Assembly: GCA_013265495.1 (NCBI GenBank)
Contig: MU057801.1
Location: 1,605,879-1,669,878, forward strand
Reading direction: 5' to 3'
DNA: 64,000 nucleotides
From: Vicugna vicugna
Lineage: Eukaryota
Part shown: positions 37,191 through 49,637 of the stretch, piece by piece
How the letters are laid out: each line of letters starts with the position of its first letter
Numbering within the stretch: the stretch's first letter is position 1
Made by a program: the position numbers and the translations under genes
Notes under the pieces: generated by a model
Told to the model about the DNA's origin: nothing
Seen by the model: only the letters and a program-made list of their open reading frames with translations
Database searches by the model: none

Positions 37191-39689
37191 CAGGCCTGCG
37201 CCTGCGTCTCTGTCCCATGCGCTGCCGCACCCTTTCCGCGGCCCCCGGCTGCTCCCTGGCCGTGCTGTAGGCTCTCACCCGCACAGCTGCCCCTGCGGAC
37301 ATTCCTCCGTGTCTCCCTGATCCTGTCCTGCCTTCCCCTCTCCACTCAAAGCAGACCAGACAGCTGGGCGGCTCTCTAATTTATCATCCCAATGGGCTGC
37401 TTCAGAGAATGAAAGAAGACAGCCGTAATGAATTTACCCTGGGGCAAAGGCTTAAAACAGGGACAAGCCCAGCACAACTGGGGCCCACGGCCACCCTGGT
37501 TCTGTGTGGTAGGACTTGAAGGGGGAGGAGGGTGTAGTGAGGCCAGAACACACAAGTCCCACCCCTGTTCCCACTCCCTCCAGCTGTGGGATCCTCCGGA
37601 AGCGACTTAGCCTCTCTGGTCTGAGCAGCGAGGACACCCCGCCTCCCTCCCTGGGGGCCGCTGAGGGGTCATGGCCCTGAAGGTCTGCCCACACCGAGGC
37701 ACGGTGCCGCGAGGCTTCATGACACAGGCCAACTGATGTAACTAGGTGGACTCTGATGGCCTGGCTCTTCTTGTCGTCCACCACAGACAAGCCCTTGGGG
37801 AAAAAGTTCAGTCGGAAGAGGAGATTTGCCAGCTGCCTCTCCCTGAGACAGCGCCTTGTTGAATAACTTTCTCGGGAAGGTCTTCTGCAAAGTTCAGGCT
37901 TCTATGAGCAGCGATCACCCCGTGCTTCTCTCTTACACAGGAGGATCTGCTTTGAAGAAAACCACACGGCTACTGCTCTCAGCAGCCCGTCCCCCCGCCG
38001 GACCCGGGGGGCAGTGAGGCACCCCACTCATGCGAGGTTACCAGGCCACGATGCAGCCAACATGAACACAGAGGGAAAAACCCACAACACAGATTCTTGA
38101 AACGTAGGGTCCCACTGGTTTAACTGATTTCACGTTGGGCCCTGGCTGCGCCGGACTCCGGGGCCGATGGGTACGGGACGCAGCTGCGGACGAGGCGGGT
38201 GACCCGCACACGTCGGTGGCCTGGCTGATGCTCAGACGGGCTTGTTCAGTCACTCGCTGGCGGGTTTCCAAGACCCCTCACGGGTCTGCGGCCCCGGTCT
38301 GACCAGGACCGCCCTGCCTCCCGGATGGACATCAGGGAAGGCTCCCTGTTCACGTCAGCAGAGTCTCGAGCTGGCCGTCCCCTCCCCGAGCATGAGCTGC
38401 CATCTGGGACAACTTTGCCACTGTCTGCGAGGGCCTCTGTAGCTTGATTCTAGGAGAAGGAACACGTCAGGTACAGCAGAGCCGTCCGCCCTGCCCGGGA
38501 CCCCCGAGCCGTCTTCCTTCTCTCTGTCTTTTTCTCGCCCATGTATTTTTGATCATCTTCACACAGGGCTGAATATCTCAGTGGCAAGTATTCTAGAATC
38601 CTCTCTCTTGGATGGAGTGAACCCCGCCTACAGCTATTTTCCGGTTCCCATAAAACCAGTTTTGCAAACATCATCATGTCGATGAAAGATTTATTTCACT
38701 CACCAAGTGCCCAGAGAATCTGAGATTTCAAAGCATATGTCAAAGCATAAATGTGGACAATGTAAGTTTCCCATTTCTTTAGCACTGTGTCCCCACCCCA
38801 CCTCCAACACTGTGTCCTCAAGAAGCAGCCATGGATGTAAATAAAGTTGTTTGTTCTCAGTGGTACAGTTTTCATATTCATAATAGGAAGTTAAGGGTTT
38901 TTTTTCGAAAAGGATCCTTACGATGGTTAATGGTAGCATCGTTCCTGCAGCAATGTTGTTGTATTTAAATGGAGCCACATCTCCACCATCCTGTCAAGGG
39001 CGGGTGTGGACGGCTAGGTTACAAAGCCGTATCTATTCTGTGACTTTATTTTGGCCAAAGAGTAACAAGGATCTGTGTGAATAAAATACGTGCCCTGAGC
39101 AGTCAGCAGCCACCACCTCGGGGACGGAATCACAGAGCACGCAGCCCTGCTCCCTCCTCCTCTCTCCCTCGCTCTCCTTTTCTCTCCTCACTGGGGCTTG
39201 TACACATTTGTAGAAAAGCACACCTCATCGGGGACATGCGAGACCGGAAAGGAAAGGTGCACGTGACACAAAGGTAATTTACACCCGGAAGCGGAGTGTT
39301 AGTGTGAGGGTGCAACCCAGGTGACGGTGACAACGGAAGGCTGGAGTGACGCAGAGGACACACAAGGGCGAATGCCCGGTACTGCTTGGCGCCTTTGGGG
39401 GAAGGAGTTCTCTGCACAGGCTCACTTGTATTTACGACTTGGGGACCCCTGGTTAGGAAGTTCGGGTGGGCAGACACTAGTTACCGTCTGCCTCCTGTCC
39501 TCTGTCCTCTAACTGTGGTCTCCCCACATCTAAAGCACTAGGCTTCTGGGGTCCCCGAGGTGAGGCCGGGCCACCGGGGAAATTCTCGTCGGGTGTGTGG
39601 ACGGCGGGGGTGGGGGCCTCCTTTCCTGCCCTTATCGTCCCTACGCCCCTTGGGTTCTGCTCCTGCTGACGGGAGGGGAAGCAGCCTCC

Positions 39690-39875
39690 TGGACCACAGG
39701 ATGCCGTCCGGCAACAAGGGCTCAGAGGCTGGTTCCTTGATGCTGCTGGACCACGTCAGCCCTGAATTACCTGAGCATGAGCGTCTAAGCGAGAGAGAAA
39801 CGTTTCATATTGTCGGAGTCACCATGCGTGGGATTCTGTTGTCATTAGAGCAGCTGAACCAGTGTCCCAGTGAGG
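39690..39875 (+). mobile_element. MaLR LTR (MLT1-like) 3' part
   Basis: GAGAGAGAAACGTTTCATATTG...CTGTTGTCATTAGAGCAGCTGAACC resembles MLT1 3' ends. Confidence 0.45.
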
Positions 39876-42099
39876 AATGGCACAGAGTATTAGCGTGAAT
39901 GTTACTATAGAGGAGTAACACTGTGTTGTATTCATATCCCCCCGTGTTGCCTTTCGTGCGCTCTCCCTCCCCCTGCCCTCTGGCTGGGCCCCCCACCCCG
40001 CTCAGGTCCGCATCTAAGCAGGTGCGCAGCCGCCCTGGGCTCCCAGCTCACCTGTAGCTTCTCAGTTTCTCTGAAACACAGTTGTAGGTTCTTAACCCAG
40101 CAGTTACGTGAAGAAAAAAATCTTCCAAAATCACTGCCAAGAGACATTTCCTTTACGTCAGCAATTTACTTTGATAAAATCTGGGGAGTGAAATGCCTGG
40201 CTGTGTAGAAGCTGACCCCCTTTGGGGCCAGCCCTGAGTACCCCGGGGTCCACGTGGACCCCGGGACACCTAACAGACCAGGGCGCTGCGAACGCTGTAT
40301 AGACACGAGGGTCTAAATCCCTCAATGACGGAATCCAAGCGACTCATTTGCTATCAGCCGTCTCCCTCCTCTGAATCCTTGTGGTCTGCCAGGCTGCTGA
40401 GGGGGCCCCCCACTCCAAAGACGGGGGGTCCCAGAGCTGCCGTCCGGATGCTCCCCATCGTGCCCTCTGACCTCACACGGGCTCGCCTGGCGGCTTCTGT
40501 CTCCCCCACAGCAGCCCAAGGCCCTGCCTGGTTCTGCCGTCCGTCTCACCCACATGGGGAGCCTCGTTCTGATCATTGAATTTCTCCGCTTGGCTCACAG
40601 GCCAGGGCACACCCTTCGGGCCACCCGACCGGGGAGCAGGGTTAGTTTTCTTCCGCTCTCCCCAGAAGACGGGGGGCAGCTCCTCACCGTCCAGCCTCCG
40701 AGCTTCTGCCGCCAGCTCGCCCCTCAGCGCTTTCTCTCTGGGGCCGGGCAGCCCACGTGACTTCCGTCCCGCGGGGCTCTGCAGTGCGGGTAATTTATTG
40801 CCCCTGCTTACCCAAAACCACAGCTTGATGTGTGTAATTTTTCATTGGCTGGCGCTGGTGGTTGTGTTTGGAACGGACGGGCTTGTTAACGCACAGATGG
40901 CGGGACCCCTCCCTCAGGGTCCCTGCGGGTCTGGGAGAGAGCCCCAGGACACACATTCCTAGCAGATTCCTGGGTGGACGCAAGAGCCCAGTCTGAGAAC
41001 AACGGCTCCTGGGCATTCCTGCCCCAAGGGTGCCTCCGGGCTTTGCTGTGCGGGGAACTTCCCTGACGCGCCCTTGTGCTGCCTTGTGGCTCCTCTTCTG
41101 CTCTGTCGAGTTCTGGGTGGCGGGTGGAGGAAAGATGCTGTCGCCAGAGTGTGGAGAGGAGGCGGGGCGGTTGTGGGTGTCTCGGCGTAGCTGGCGTTGG
41201 GTAGGGGGCTCAGCCAGGCTTGACGGGACAGCAACGCCCCTCTCCTCAGACTGTCCCAGGGAGCCCGGGCAACAGAGCCGCTAAGTAAAAATCCTCAGGA
41301 AACATTGACCTTGGCTTCCTACTCAGTGTTTGTTCTGCAAACTTGGAATGCTTGCTCTGTCCAGAAACCTCAAAATTACTTTGCCATTAACACCTGTGGC
41401 GAGCGGCAGGGCTGACGTCACGAAGATGGAAAACAGCTCCCTCACCTTGAACTGAGGAAGTATTAAGAGTTAACGCGGGATCAGGGCTCACAGTCTGACA
41501 AACCGCGAAGCCTCGCCACTGCTCTGCTCCCGGCGTCCCCTCCACTCCCCTCTCTCTTCAAGAAAGATGTTTTTGAAGACTGGATGTCAACTGTAGGGAG
41601 TGGATGTCACCAAGAGATGGGGAAGGTTTCCCACCTTTGGCAGAGGGTCATGGAAACACTATGACACACTGTGTGTTCTATTCGAGGGGTCAGACCACAT
41701 GGTGTTTACACTCGCTCTTTGTGCCAAGTGAGTCAGATGGATGGAAAGGATAATCTGCTGGAATGGATGTGTCAGGGGCTCTGAAAGGAACTGTTGACTC
41801 AGGACAGTTGGGGTTACAGGCAGCCGGGGGGCTGGTCTCAGCCATCTACCCACCAGGTCTCAGTGCCTTCAGGGCAATCACTTTAGCATGGCATTGAGAC
41901 CTTGCCCCTAGAATACAGGGACCTGCCACCAGGAAGCCTCGTAGGTCTGGACAGTCACCACCTGTCCATTCACCGTCAGAGAGCAGGCGGCTCCTCCCTT
42001 TGTCCTGATGGAGTGTGTGGCTCTGCTCCGCTCTGCGGTCAGGGGGGCGATCCCGGGCTCAGCAAGGTTGCCTTGTATTTTCTTCAAGAATTTGGAGCA

Positions 42100-42236
42100 G
42101 GGGCCGGGGCACAGCTCAGTGGTAAGGCACACGCCCAGCAGGCACGAGGTCCTGGGTTCCGTCCCCAGTGCCTCCCATTAAATAAATAAGTAAGTAAGTA
42201 CCTAATTACCTTCCTTCACAGAAAAAGAAAACAAAA
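42100..42236 (+). mobile_element. tRNA-derived SINE (Vic-1-like)
   Basis: GGGGCACAGCTCAGTGGTAAGG...GAGGTCCTGGGTTCCGTCCCCAGTGCC...AAATAAATAAGTAAG...CCTAATTACC. Confidence 0.9.
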
Positions 42237-42494
42237 GAGCTCGGAGGGCGTACCCACCCACTGTGATTTTTGGTAGCTCAGAGCTCTTTCTAGGTGCTTT
42301 CCAGGCACCTTTCCCACACTCTCTGAAGGAGGCTGGTAATGTCGCAGCAGTACCCCTTCGGAACGTGTCAGTTATCGTCACACCTGGTTATTTTGAGGAC
42401 AAATACGAATAATCATTCTAAAAGCTTTCCAAAGGTTAACTCACTTACTCCTCAAACCAACCTGCTGAAGTCAGTGCCACCCCAGGGCCCACTC

Positions 42495-43060
42495 TCCGGA
42501 CGGAGGCAGCGCCTGCCCCTTGCCCGGGTCGCGCAGCTGCACGTGGCGCGGCCCGGGCTGAGAGCCGGGGGTTCGGGCGCCGGGCCCCAGGCTCTCACCG
42601 GCCGCGTGAGCCTCCACGTTTGTGCTGGCGAGCTCCGACTGGCCGGAGCCGCTTGCAGGCCTGTTACTGTGCCCGCTGGAATCAAAGGCGCGTGCGCGCC
42701 TCTGGACAGAGGCGCAGGCCGCGCTGCTCGAGAGCCTCTGCTTCTCCCCGTTGTTTCAGAGCCAAGCCAGACTCCGTAGCGGGGCCTTCCCAGGCTGCCT
42801 CCCGCGTGTCCCTCCCCGGCCCCACGGGCTGCCCTAGGCAGGCCAGGGCGCCACGCTCTGACCCTGTGCTCGTAACACCGCTTCATCCTGGAGGAGCCTC
42901 CCTCCCCACGCCCTGCTTGCACGCCTGTAACTTACGCAAACTCCCTCTAGAGCTTCCCCACTGGAGCGCTCGGCTGCAGGTAAGTGGAGATGACGGGTCC
43001 TGAACCCGCAGGGCTGTCGGGCATCGTCCGGGGCGGCCGGAGCGCCTCACCTGCCCGGCT
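42495..43060. promoter_or_regulatory. CpG island-like region
   Basis: Dense CpG, CACGTG at about 42540 and a consensus donor CAG|GTAAGT at 42979/42980. Confidence 0.45.
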
Positions 43061-46000
43061 CCAGCCCTACCTGCTTACCTCGACGTGCCGTATACACATC
43101 TCCTTTCCCTCTGCCTTCCCCTGAGCGGCTCTGTGCCGGAGGAGCCGACCTGCGTGGACTTCCACCCCCAGCTCCCTTGAAGGAGATCCAGAGCCGGCCA
43201 GAGGTGAAGTATCTCTTCCTCCACTGCCTCTCTGCCTCGGGGCTGCAGTTTGACAGCAGCCGCATCCTTCCCTCTGGAGGTGGGGCCACCCTGGGCCTCC
43301 CATCTGTCTCCTGGGGCGGCAAGGTCTCCACCGTGCGCGTGCACTGCTCCGGGGCCCCCCAGCCCTCGTGTGGCGGCTCCATCCACAGCACTGGCTGTTG
43401 CTCCTTCATCAAAATCTCCACATCTGAACCGTAAGGGTGAATTGTGGGGCCCTGCCCCCGGCAACGCCTCCCTCTCCAACTCACGGACGGTCACCAGCCA
43501 CGTCCTGGGTCCCCACTTGTCAGAACGCGAGACGTCTTGGAAAGCGCTGGAAATCCAACGGGGGCTCGAGAGCCCATCAGATTCTTGGGAGGTGGTGAGC
43601 TGGGCTCCTTCTGCTCCCCGCGCCCACCACACCCTCCGGCACTGGGACGCAGGGACATGCTGCAGGGCACACACACCCTCCCCTCGGCCAGAACGCAGCC
43701 CAGGGGGCCGTGGGAGACTCTTCTCTTAATGTCTCGTGATGGCCGCTGCATTTACCCTCTTTGGAAATCTGTGTCCGCCCCACAAGGGGGGATGGGTATG
43801 TTCAAAGCAAACACCTCTTGGATAAGTGAATGCAGGCCCCACAGGTGTCTGACAAGAGTTGGTGTCCATGGTATAGACAGAAAGCAAAGATAGGTCCCCC
43901 CGATCCTCAAAACTTTAAAAGGGTCCACGTCTCCTTCCCGCTGAGCCCCCAGCGTGTTGCAGCGCTTCCCAAGGCCCGGTCCTCTCTTGGGTCTGCCGTG
44001 TTCAAGGACAAGGCACTGGGCACCTCGCCCCAGCCAGGCACGCTGCTGAGCAGACGGCCGGGTTCCCGGCAGCCAGCCCGGCCCTCTCTTCACTAGGCCA
44101 CAGGGACAGGGGCTGTTTTCCTCCGCCTCGGACCCCTCACCACCCCTGACGCAGACACCGCGGATCCCTCTCCCGGGAGACACGCCCGCCAGCTCCCCGG
44201 AGCCACGCTGTGTCCAGGTGAGGCTTTTCTTGGAACGTCCGGCACCTCGGAGCCCCGGCCCCTCATCCCCGCACAGGGGCTTTCGCGTCGACAAATTCCC
44301 ACACGATGGACCAGTCTGAGTCTCCACGGCCTCCAGCCGGCCAGGGGCTGAGGGCTTTCCGCAGCATCTCGTGCAACACAGTCGAAATCCAAGGTGGTAG
44401 AATTTAGCCCTGCTGAGCAGTAAGCCTGTTTTCGAGCTGACCACGCCGTACAGGCCACCCCGGAGCTAACACAGCCAGAAAACGCGCACATCTCCAAGCA
44501 CGGCCGGTGCCCCCCGGACTCACTTTTTGGCCAGTTCTATAAACCAGTTATTTTCTGGTGCATAATAAAGTAAACAGAAAATGAATAAGCTGTGGAATTT
44601 GAAGGAGAGTTTTTTAAGCTGGAAACCTGAAGATGGAAAAAAAAAAGGCCACAAAAAAAACAGGATAAACAGTTAAGGCAAATATTTTAGACCCAAACAG
44701 CCAGTCTCTGCAGCTGGGAGGCGGACCGCACTGCTGGTGAGGAGCCTAATGTAGACGAAAGTGACCACAGGGTTTGGAGATAGCAAAGCATTTTATTTTT
44801 TGTCATTTGTCTTCAAAAAATGCCATGATGTTAGGCTACCCTTTCGTCTGAGTGTGTCTGAAGTGAAGGTGAAACGTCACCATTTGTTCCTGTTGTTCTG
44901 GACTTTACATTAGATGTTGGTAATAAAATGTGCTTTTCTCGGTATGTGTACATATATTTCTCAGTATATATACACACACTTCTCTTCTTGTTGAGCCATG
45001 ATAGTAAAAATGATTAGAGGAGCTGAAATCTGCAGCGATGCACAGACCGCTCGCCGCAGTGTTCAGGAGAGCTGAAATATGCAATAATTGATTTTAACAT
45101 GCGCTGTAACTGGTTCCACATGCAGCGCTGTCAACTGTGATGCATCGTAATTAAACTGACATGTTCAAAAACTGGCCACTGAAATGAGCGCTCACTGACT
45201 TTTCCGACTGAGTGCAGCTGCTGCTTCCCTGCCCCCCGGTTCCCCACTCAGGACCCACATCGCTGGGTTTCATTTGGTGGCTGGCCTCCTCCATGTTTTA
45301 TCTATTTTACCTCCTCAAATTTAAAGTGACCTCCTGGAGTGAATTCAGGCTCCTTCCCCACCTTCGTTTTCACGTGGTCACATATTTCAGCGGTGACAGA
45401 CCTCGACATAGTTTCCTAAGGCATCATAAATCAGGTCTGAAATTGTGAGAATCGTCAAGAACGCGATATAAAATAAGATGCAGCAGCAGACCCATGAAAG
45501 TTCCCTATCTTAGCCTATCCACCCCGATCGAACCACGCCTGAACTCCAGGAAAGTCATGTGGAGGAAGTGGTAGTGACACGTGTCCACCTCCCATCCCCC
45601 ATTGTGGGGATGAAGAGCCCCCTGCTAGTGACCGTCTTCCTCTTGTTCTGCCTCAGTCATCAGAAAGCTTCAGGCATTCAGGACGCTCTTGCCGTGGCGG
45701 CCGGGCTACCTGTCTGTTTCCTTCTGTAATGGCAGCGTGCTCTAGTTGAAGTGGGCTGGAGGCCCCGGCTCTAGGCCGGTTCTGTGACCACTAATCGTGC
45801 CGGCAAAGCTCTGCGAGTGTGAGATTTCTGTCCTGGAAAAGTGAGACGGATACTACTCTTTGTAACACCAGTTCAAGGTTAGAACAATAGCTGATGGTCC
45901 AAACATGAAAGGATTCAGGGCCCTTCAGTTGCTGGAATCTCTCTTCTGAATCAGCATGAACCATGTCCGTCTTTGGACTTCATGTGACCATAACTTACTG

Positions 46001-46910
46001 TTTTGATTTAATGAAAAGCTTCACCCTTTCCTGCCCCATCCCCCAGTGTCACATCTTCTCTGGTCTGTTAATCACACAGGTGGGTCCTGTGATGGCAAAG
46101 TATTTAATAACAAAATTGCGTTCACACCCACCTGCGGCTGCAGAGTGCGCACTGACGGCGAGTCTCCGTGGTGCCATTTCTGCAAGGACAGCGGGGTAGC
46201 CATCCCCGCGTCATTGCCATGGGGGGTGGGCACCATCCTCCTGCTTGTTCCAGTCACGTGACTCTGGTGGGGCTCCCCTGTTTGCTTACAGAGAATTAGG
46301 TCTGGCCAGTCGTGGTGTCTCTTTCATCTGTCAACAGGACAGAGTCCAAGCTGTGGCTGCAGGACTGAGCCAGACCAACAGAAGTTCTTCTCTGAGCTTT
46401 GACAGTCGAAAGCTGTCAGACGAGGTCTTCTCGCTCCTCAGAGGTGAGCCGTGAGGACATGAGCCTGGAGGACCTCCATCACAGGAAGGGCGCCGTGGTG
46501 CCCCCGGGTGAGGTCCTTGCTGTGGAGAAGCAGGGTCCACAGGAAATGCTAATGAACGGCCTGGATGCTGTCGGGGGCTCTAGGAGAGCATAACTTATGC
46601 CACTCACATTGCCGTTTCTCAGTGAAATCTCACGAAAGCCACACAGCTGAGGTAAGGAAGTGCCTGAGGAGGGACCGGAGTCCTTTACCTCCCTCTGTCT
46701 GTTCAAGTCCTCCTTTATGAAGGGGAAGAGTCTCCTCCTGAGTCCTGCTTCTGAGCAGGGGATGGACTGTTGCTTCACAGACGTCCTGACAGGGATCCCT
46801 TGGCCTCCAGAATGTTCCTCCCCACTCCAGTCCCTGGTCAGCACAATCCTGGGGCCGCAAGGCTTCCCCAAGGGTTTTGAGCAAGCTTTGCATGGTGTGT
46901 GGTGCATCTG

Positions 46911-47070
46911 CAGCAGCTCTCGAACTTAGGGTGCACCCAGCACCCCAGAGAGCTTGTGGAAACACAGGTGGCTGGGTCCCATCCTCTGGGATTCTGATCT
47001 AGAGGTCTGACTGTGGGGGAGGGTCTGCGTCTCTAGTAAGTTCTTAGGGTCTGCACTTTGGGAACCACTG
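46911..47070. mobile_element. MER5A-like hAT-Charlie
   Basis: GAGCTTGTGGAAACACAG...GATTCTGATC...CACTTTGGGAACCACTG. Confidence 0.7.
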
Positions 47071-48639
47071 CTGGGATGAATGCCAGCTTAGACTGAAAGC
47101 TGGGGGAGACAGCTCACCGAGCCTCTTGGGGCCTCACTTTAACCATCTGTGAAATGGGAGATTTGACCCAGGAGATCTCAGTTTCCTTCAACACGCTCTA
47201 AACCTACCAGCAGACCACCGGCTTCTACCTGGGAAGACCGTACTGCCATGACGAGGCTTCCTTTTTTTTTTTCCTCTCTCTCCCCTTTGACAGCTGTGAC
47301 CACAAAGACAACATCTAACTTCTGCAGAGAAGGTGGAGAGGTCAGGGGGCAGCCAGAACGGAGTAGCTGTGAGATGCTGTGAGCCCCAAGGCCCTGGCAC
47401 AGTATTCTGCAATAAGCAACATTTTTCACCTGAAGTTTATGTGGTTTTATATAATTTGTCCTTGACTCAGGACTCGTTCTAGAACCAAAGAGCACGAGCC
47501 AGTCCTTTCTCAATGGCAGGGAGGAGCAAACAGCAGACAGGACCCGGGGAATGCATGGTGGGGATGCTGGAGTCCGGGGGCGGGAAAGGAGGCCCCTGGG
47601 CACAGGCGCCCCTCCAGCCCCCCACCCCCACCCCCAGCTGCGTCCTGCGCCTCCCAGCGGCTCCTCCGGGCCTGCAGCCAAGAGAAGGTTAGAGAGGTTA
47701 CGCCCAGAGCGCGGCAAGCTGTGAGGGCTGTGGTGGCCTCGAGGAGATCTCACTGAAGTTCGAAAAGTATGGGAGGAAAGGAAGCATCGGCAGGATCTTC
47801 TGAAGTGGAAATGAGGGAAAAATCGGCATTGAGTCCAGCTTTTTCTCTGGGACTCCAAACACCTGCACAAAACTACGCCCTACCAGCCACATAAAGTGGC
47901 CACTCATGAGAGCGAACAGCAAAACTACGGCTGTAACAAAGCTTCTTTTTCCCTGCCTTTACTTCTGAGGAAGAAAAAGTGATGGATGTGAAGGAAAACA
48001 TAGAAATAGTTTAGGAAGTAATTTTTTTCACATAAGAGCCACTTTAGGAGAGCCCAATGGCATACAAGGGAGCTAACTGCTGGGTATCACAGAGCATCCG
48101 TGACCCTATTCAACGTCATGTGTTGGGTGCCCAGCACGTCCAGCAGCTTCAACAGGCTTGTGTCCACATCTGGGGGGCTTCCAGTCTAGATGGAGAGGTG
48201 CCAAGTAAACAGGTGATTTTATGGTTCCAGAAGGAATGAGCCCCAGGAACCACGGAGAGAGGCTCAGTCTACAGGGTGAGGTGTCCGCGAACCCTCCCCG
48301 CAGAGGCCGACGACCTCACGCGCGTGTGGAGGAGGGCCAGGCAGGAAGAGGTGGACTCGGCAGCAGACACAGGCTCAAAGGGCTGAGCTCGTGACAGCTG
48401 GGTAGTTTAGTCGGACGGAGGCTGGGACGGCCGGACGCTGCAAGGGCAAACACAGGCGTCTGCTGCGTGTGTTTTGACGGACGGCTTCAGAACCGCTTCC
48501 AGTCCTCACAGGCGCTGGCTTGCACTGGTGAGAAGGGATGGGGAGCGTGGGATTGACACGTCCCTCTGCCGCTGAGGATGGGTGGGCCCAGCACCCTTCC
48601 TCTCTCCGGCTGCCTTACTCCTCCCGTCCACCTGGCCTG

Positions 48640-49110
48640 TGTTCCTTCTAACTGGAGCGTGCTTGGCTTACAATGTTGTGTTAGTTTCTCGTGTGCAGCG
48701 TTGTGACTCGCTCACCTACGTGTACGTATGCACGCTTTTTCATCAGAGGCCATCACCAGCTGTTGAACACCGCTCCCTGTGCTCGTTTATGTGTTCTGTC
48801 CATAGCAATGTGTGCCTGTTCCTCCCACACTTCTAAGGTAACCCTCCCCCACCCCGTCCTTGCCCCTGGGTAACCCTGTTTGTTGTCTGTGTCTATGAGT
48901 CCCTTTCTGCTTTGTAAACAAGTTCATTCCTGTCATTTTCTGGATCCCACATACAAGTGATGTCCTGTGATACTTGTCTTTCTCTGTTTGACTTCACTTA
49001 GTGTGACGATCTCCAGGTCCATCCATGTTGCTGCAAACAGCATTCTTCCTTTCTTTTTTGTGGCCGAGTAGCATTCCGTTGTCTAGGTGTCCGCCACAGC
49101 CTCTTTGCCC
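48640..49110 (-). mobile_element. L1 3' end, strongly GC-shifted
   Basis: Colinear with the L1 at 25030-25508 (TTACAATGTTGTGTTAGTTTC...GACTTCACTTAG...ATCCATGTTGCTGCAAA). Confidence 0.88.
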
Positions 49111-49511
49111 GGCCCCCTGTCGTCCGCAGCAGCACCATTCACAGCAGCCCCTGCTTCTGCGTGACGCTCTGCCTCACTTCCCAGGCAGAGATGCCTCACT
49201 GCCTCCACCCCTAACTCCCCTCTGGCTTCCTTTTGAAACATTGGGTGGCCTCCTTCCTCTAGGTGTAAATTCATTATTTTAAAATAAATAAAATAAACAT
49301 GACTAACATTTAGGGGGAAACAAGGTGTTTAAAGGAGGAGGAGGGAAAAGCGGGCGTTTGCCACAGGTTGGAGAATGAGTTTCCTACATTTGCAGCATCC
49401 TCTTTACAAATGATGGTCGACGGAATCATATCAGGTCAAATCAGTTTTAGGTTCTTGGGTTTTCTCCTCCCGAAAAGGAAGAACCTTTTCTGCACTAGAA
49501 GAACCATTTCT

Positions 49512-49637
49512 TTTTTGGGGGGGTTGTATTTTTTTAATTTTAATTTTTTATTGAGTTATGATCAGTTTACAATGTTATGTCAGTTTCTGGTGTACAGCAC
49601 AATGCTTCAGTCATACATGAACATACTCATTTTCATA
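49512..49637 (-). mobile_element. 5'-truncated L1 tail with 15-bp TSD
   Basis: AGAAG(A/G)ACCATTTCT at 49497-49511 and 49638-49652. Confidence 0.92.

Noticed and set aside
43047..44497. Several overlapping ORFs of 130-230 aa
   Set aside because: Stop-poor GC-rich DNA is open in many frames on both strands; the products are low-complexity Gly/Arg/Pro/Ala with no recognisable homology.
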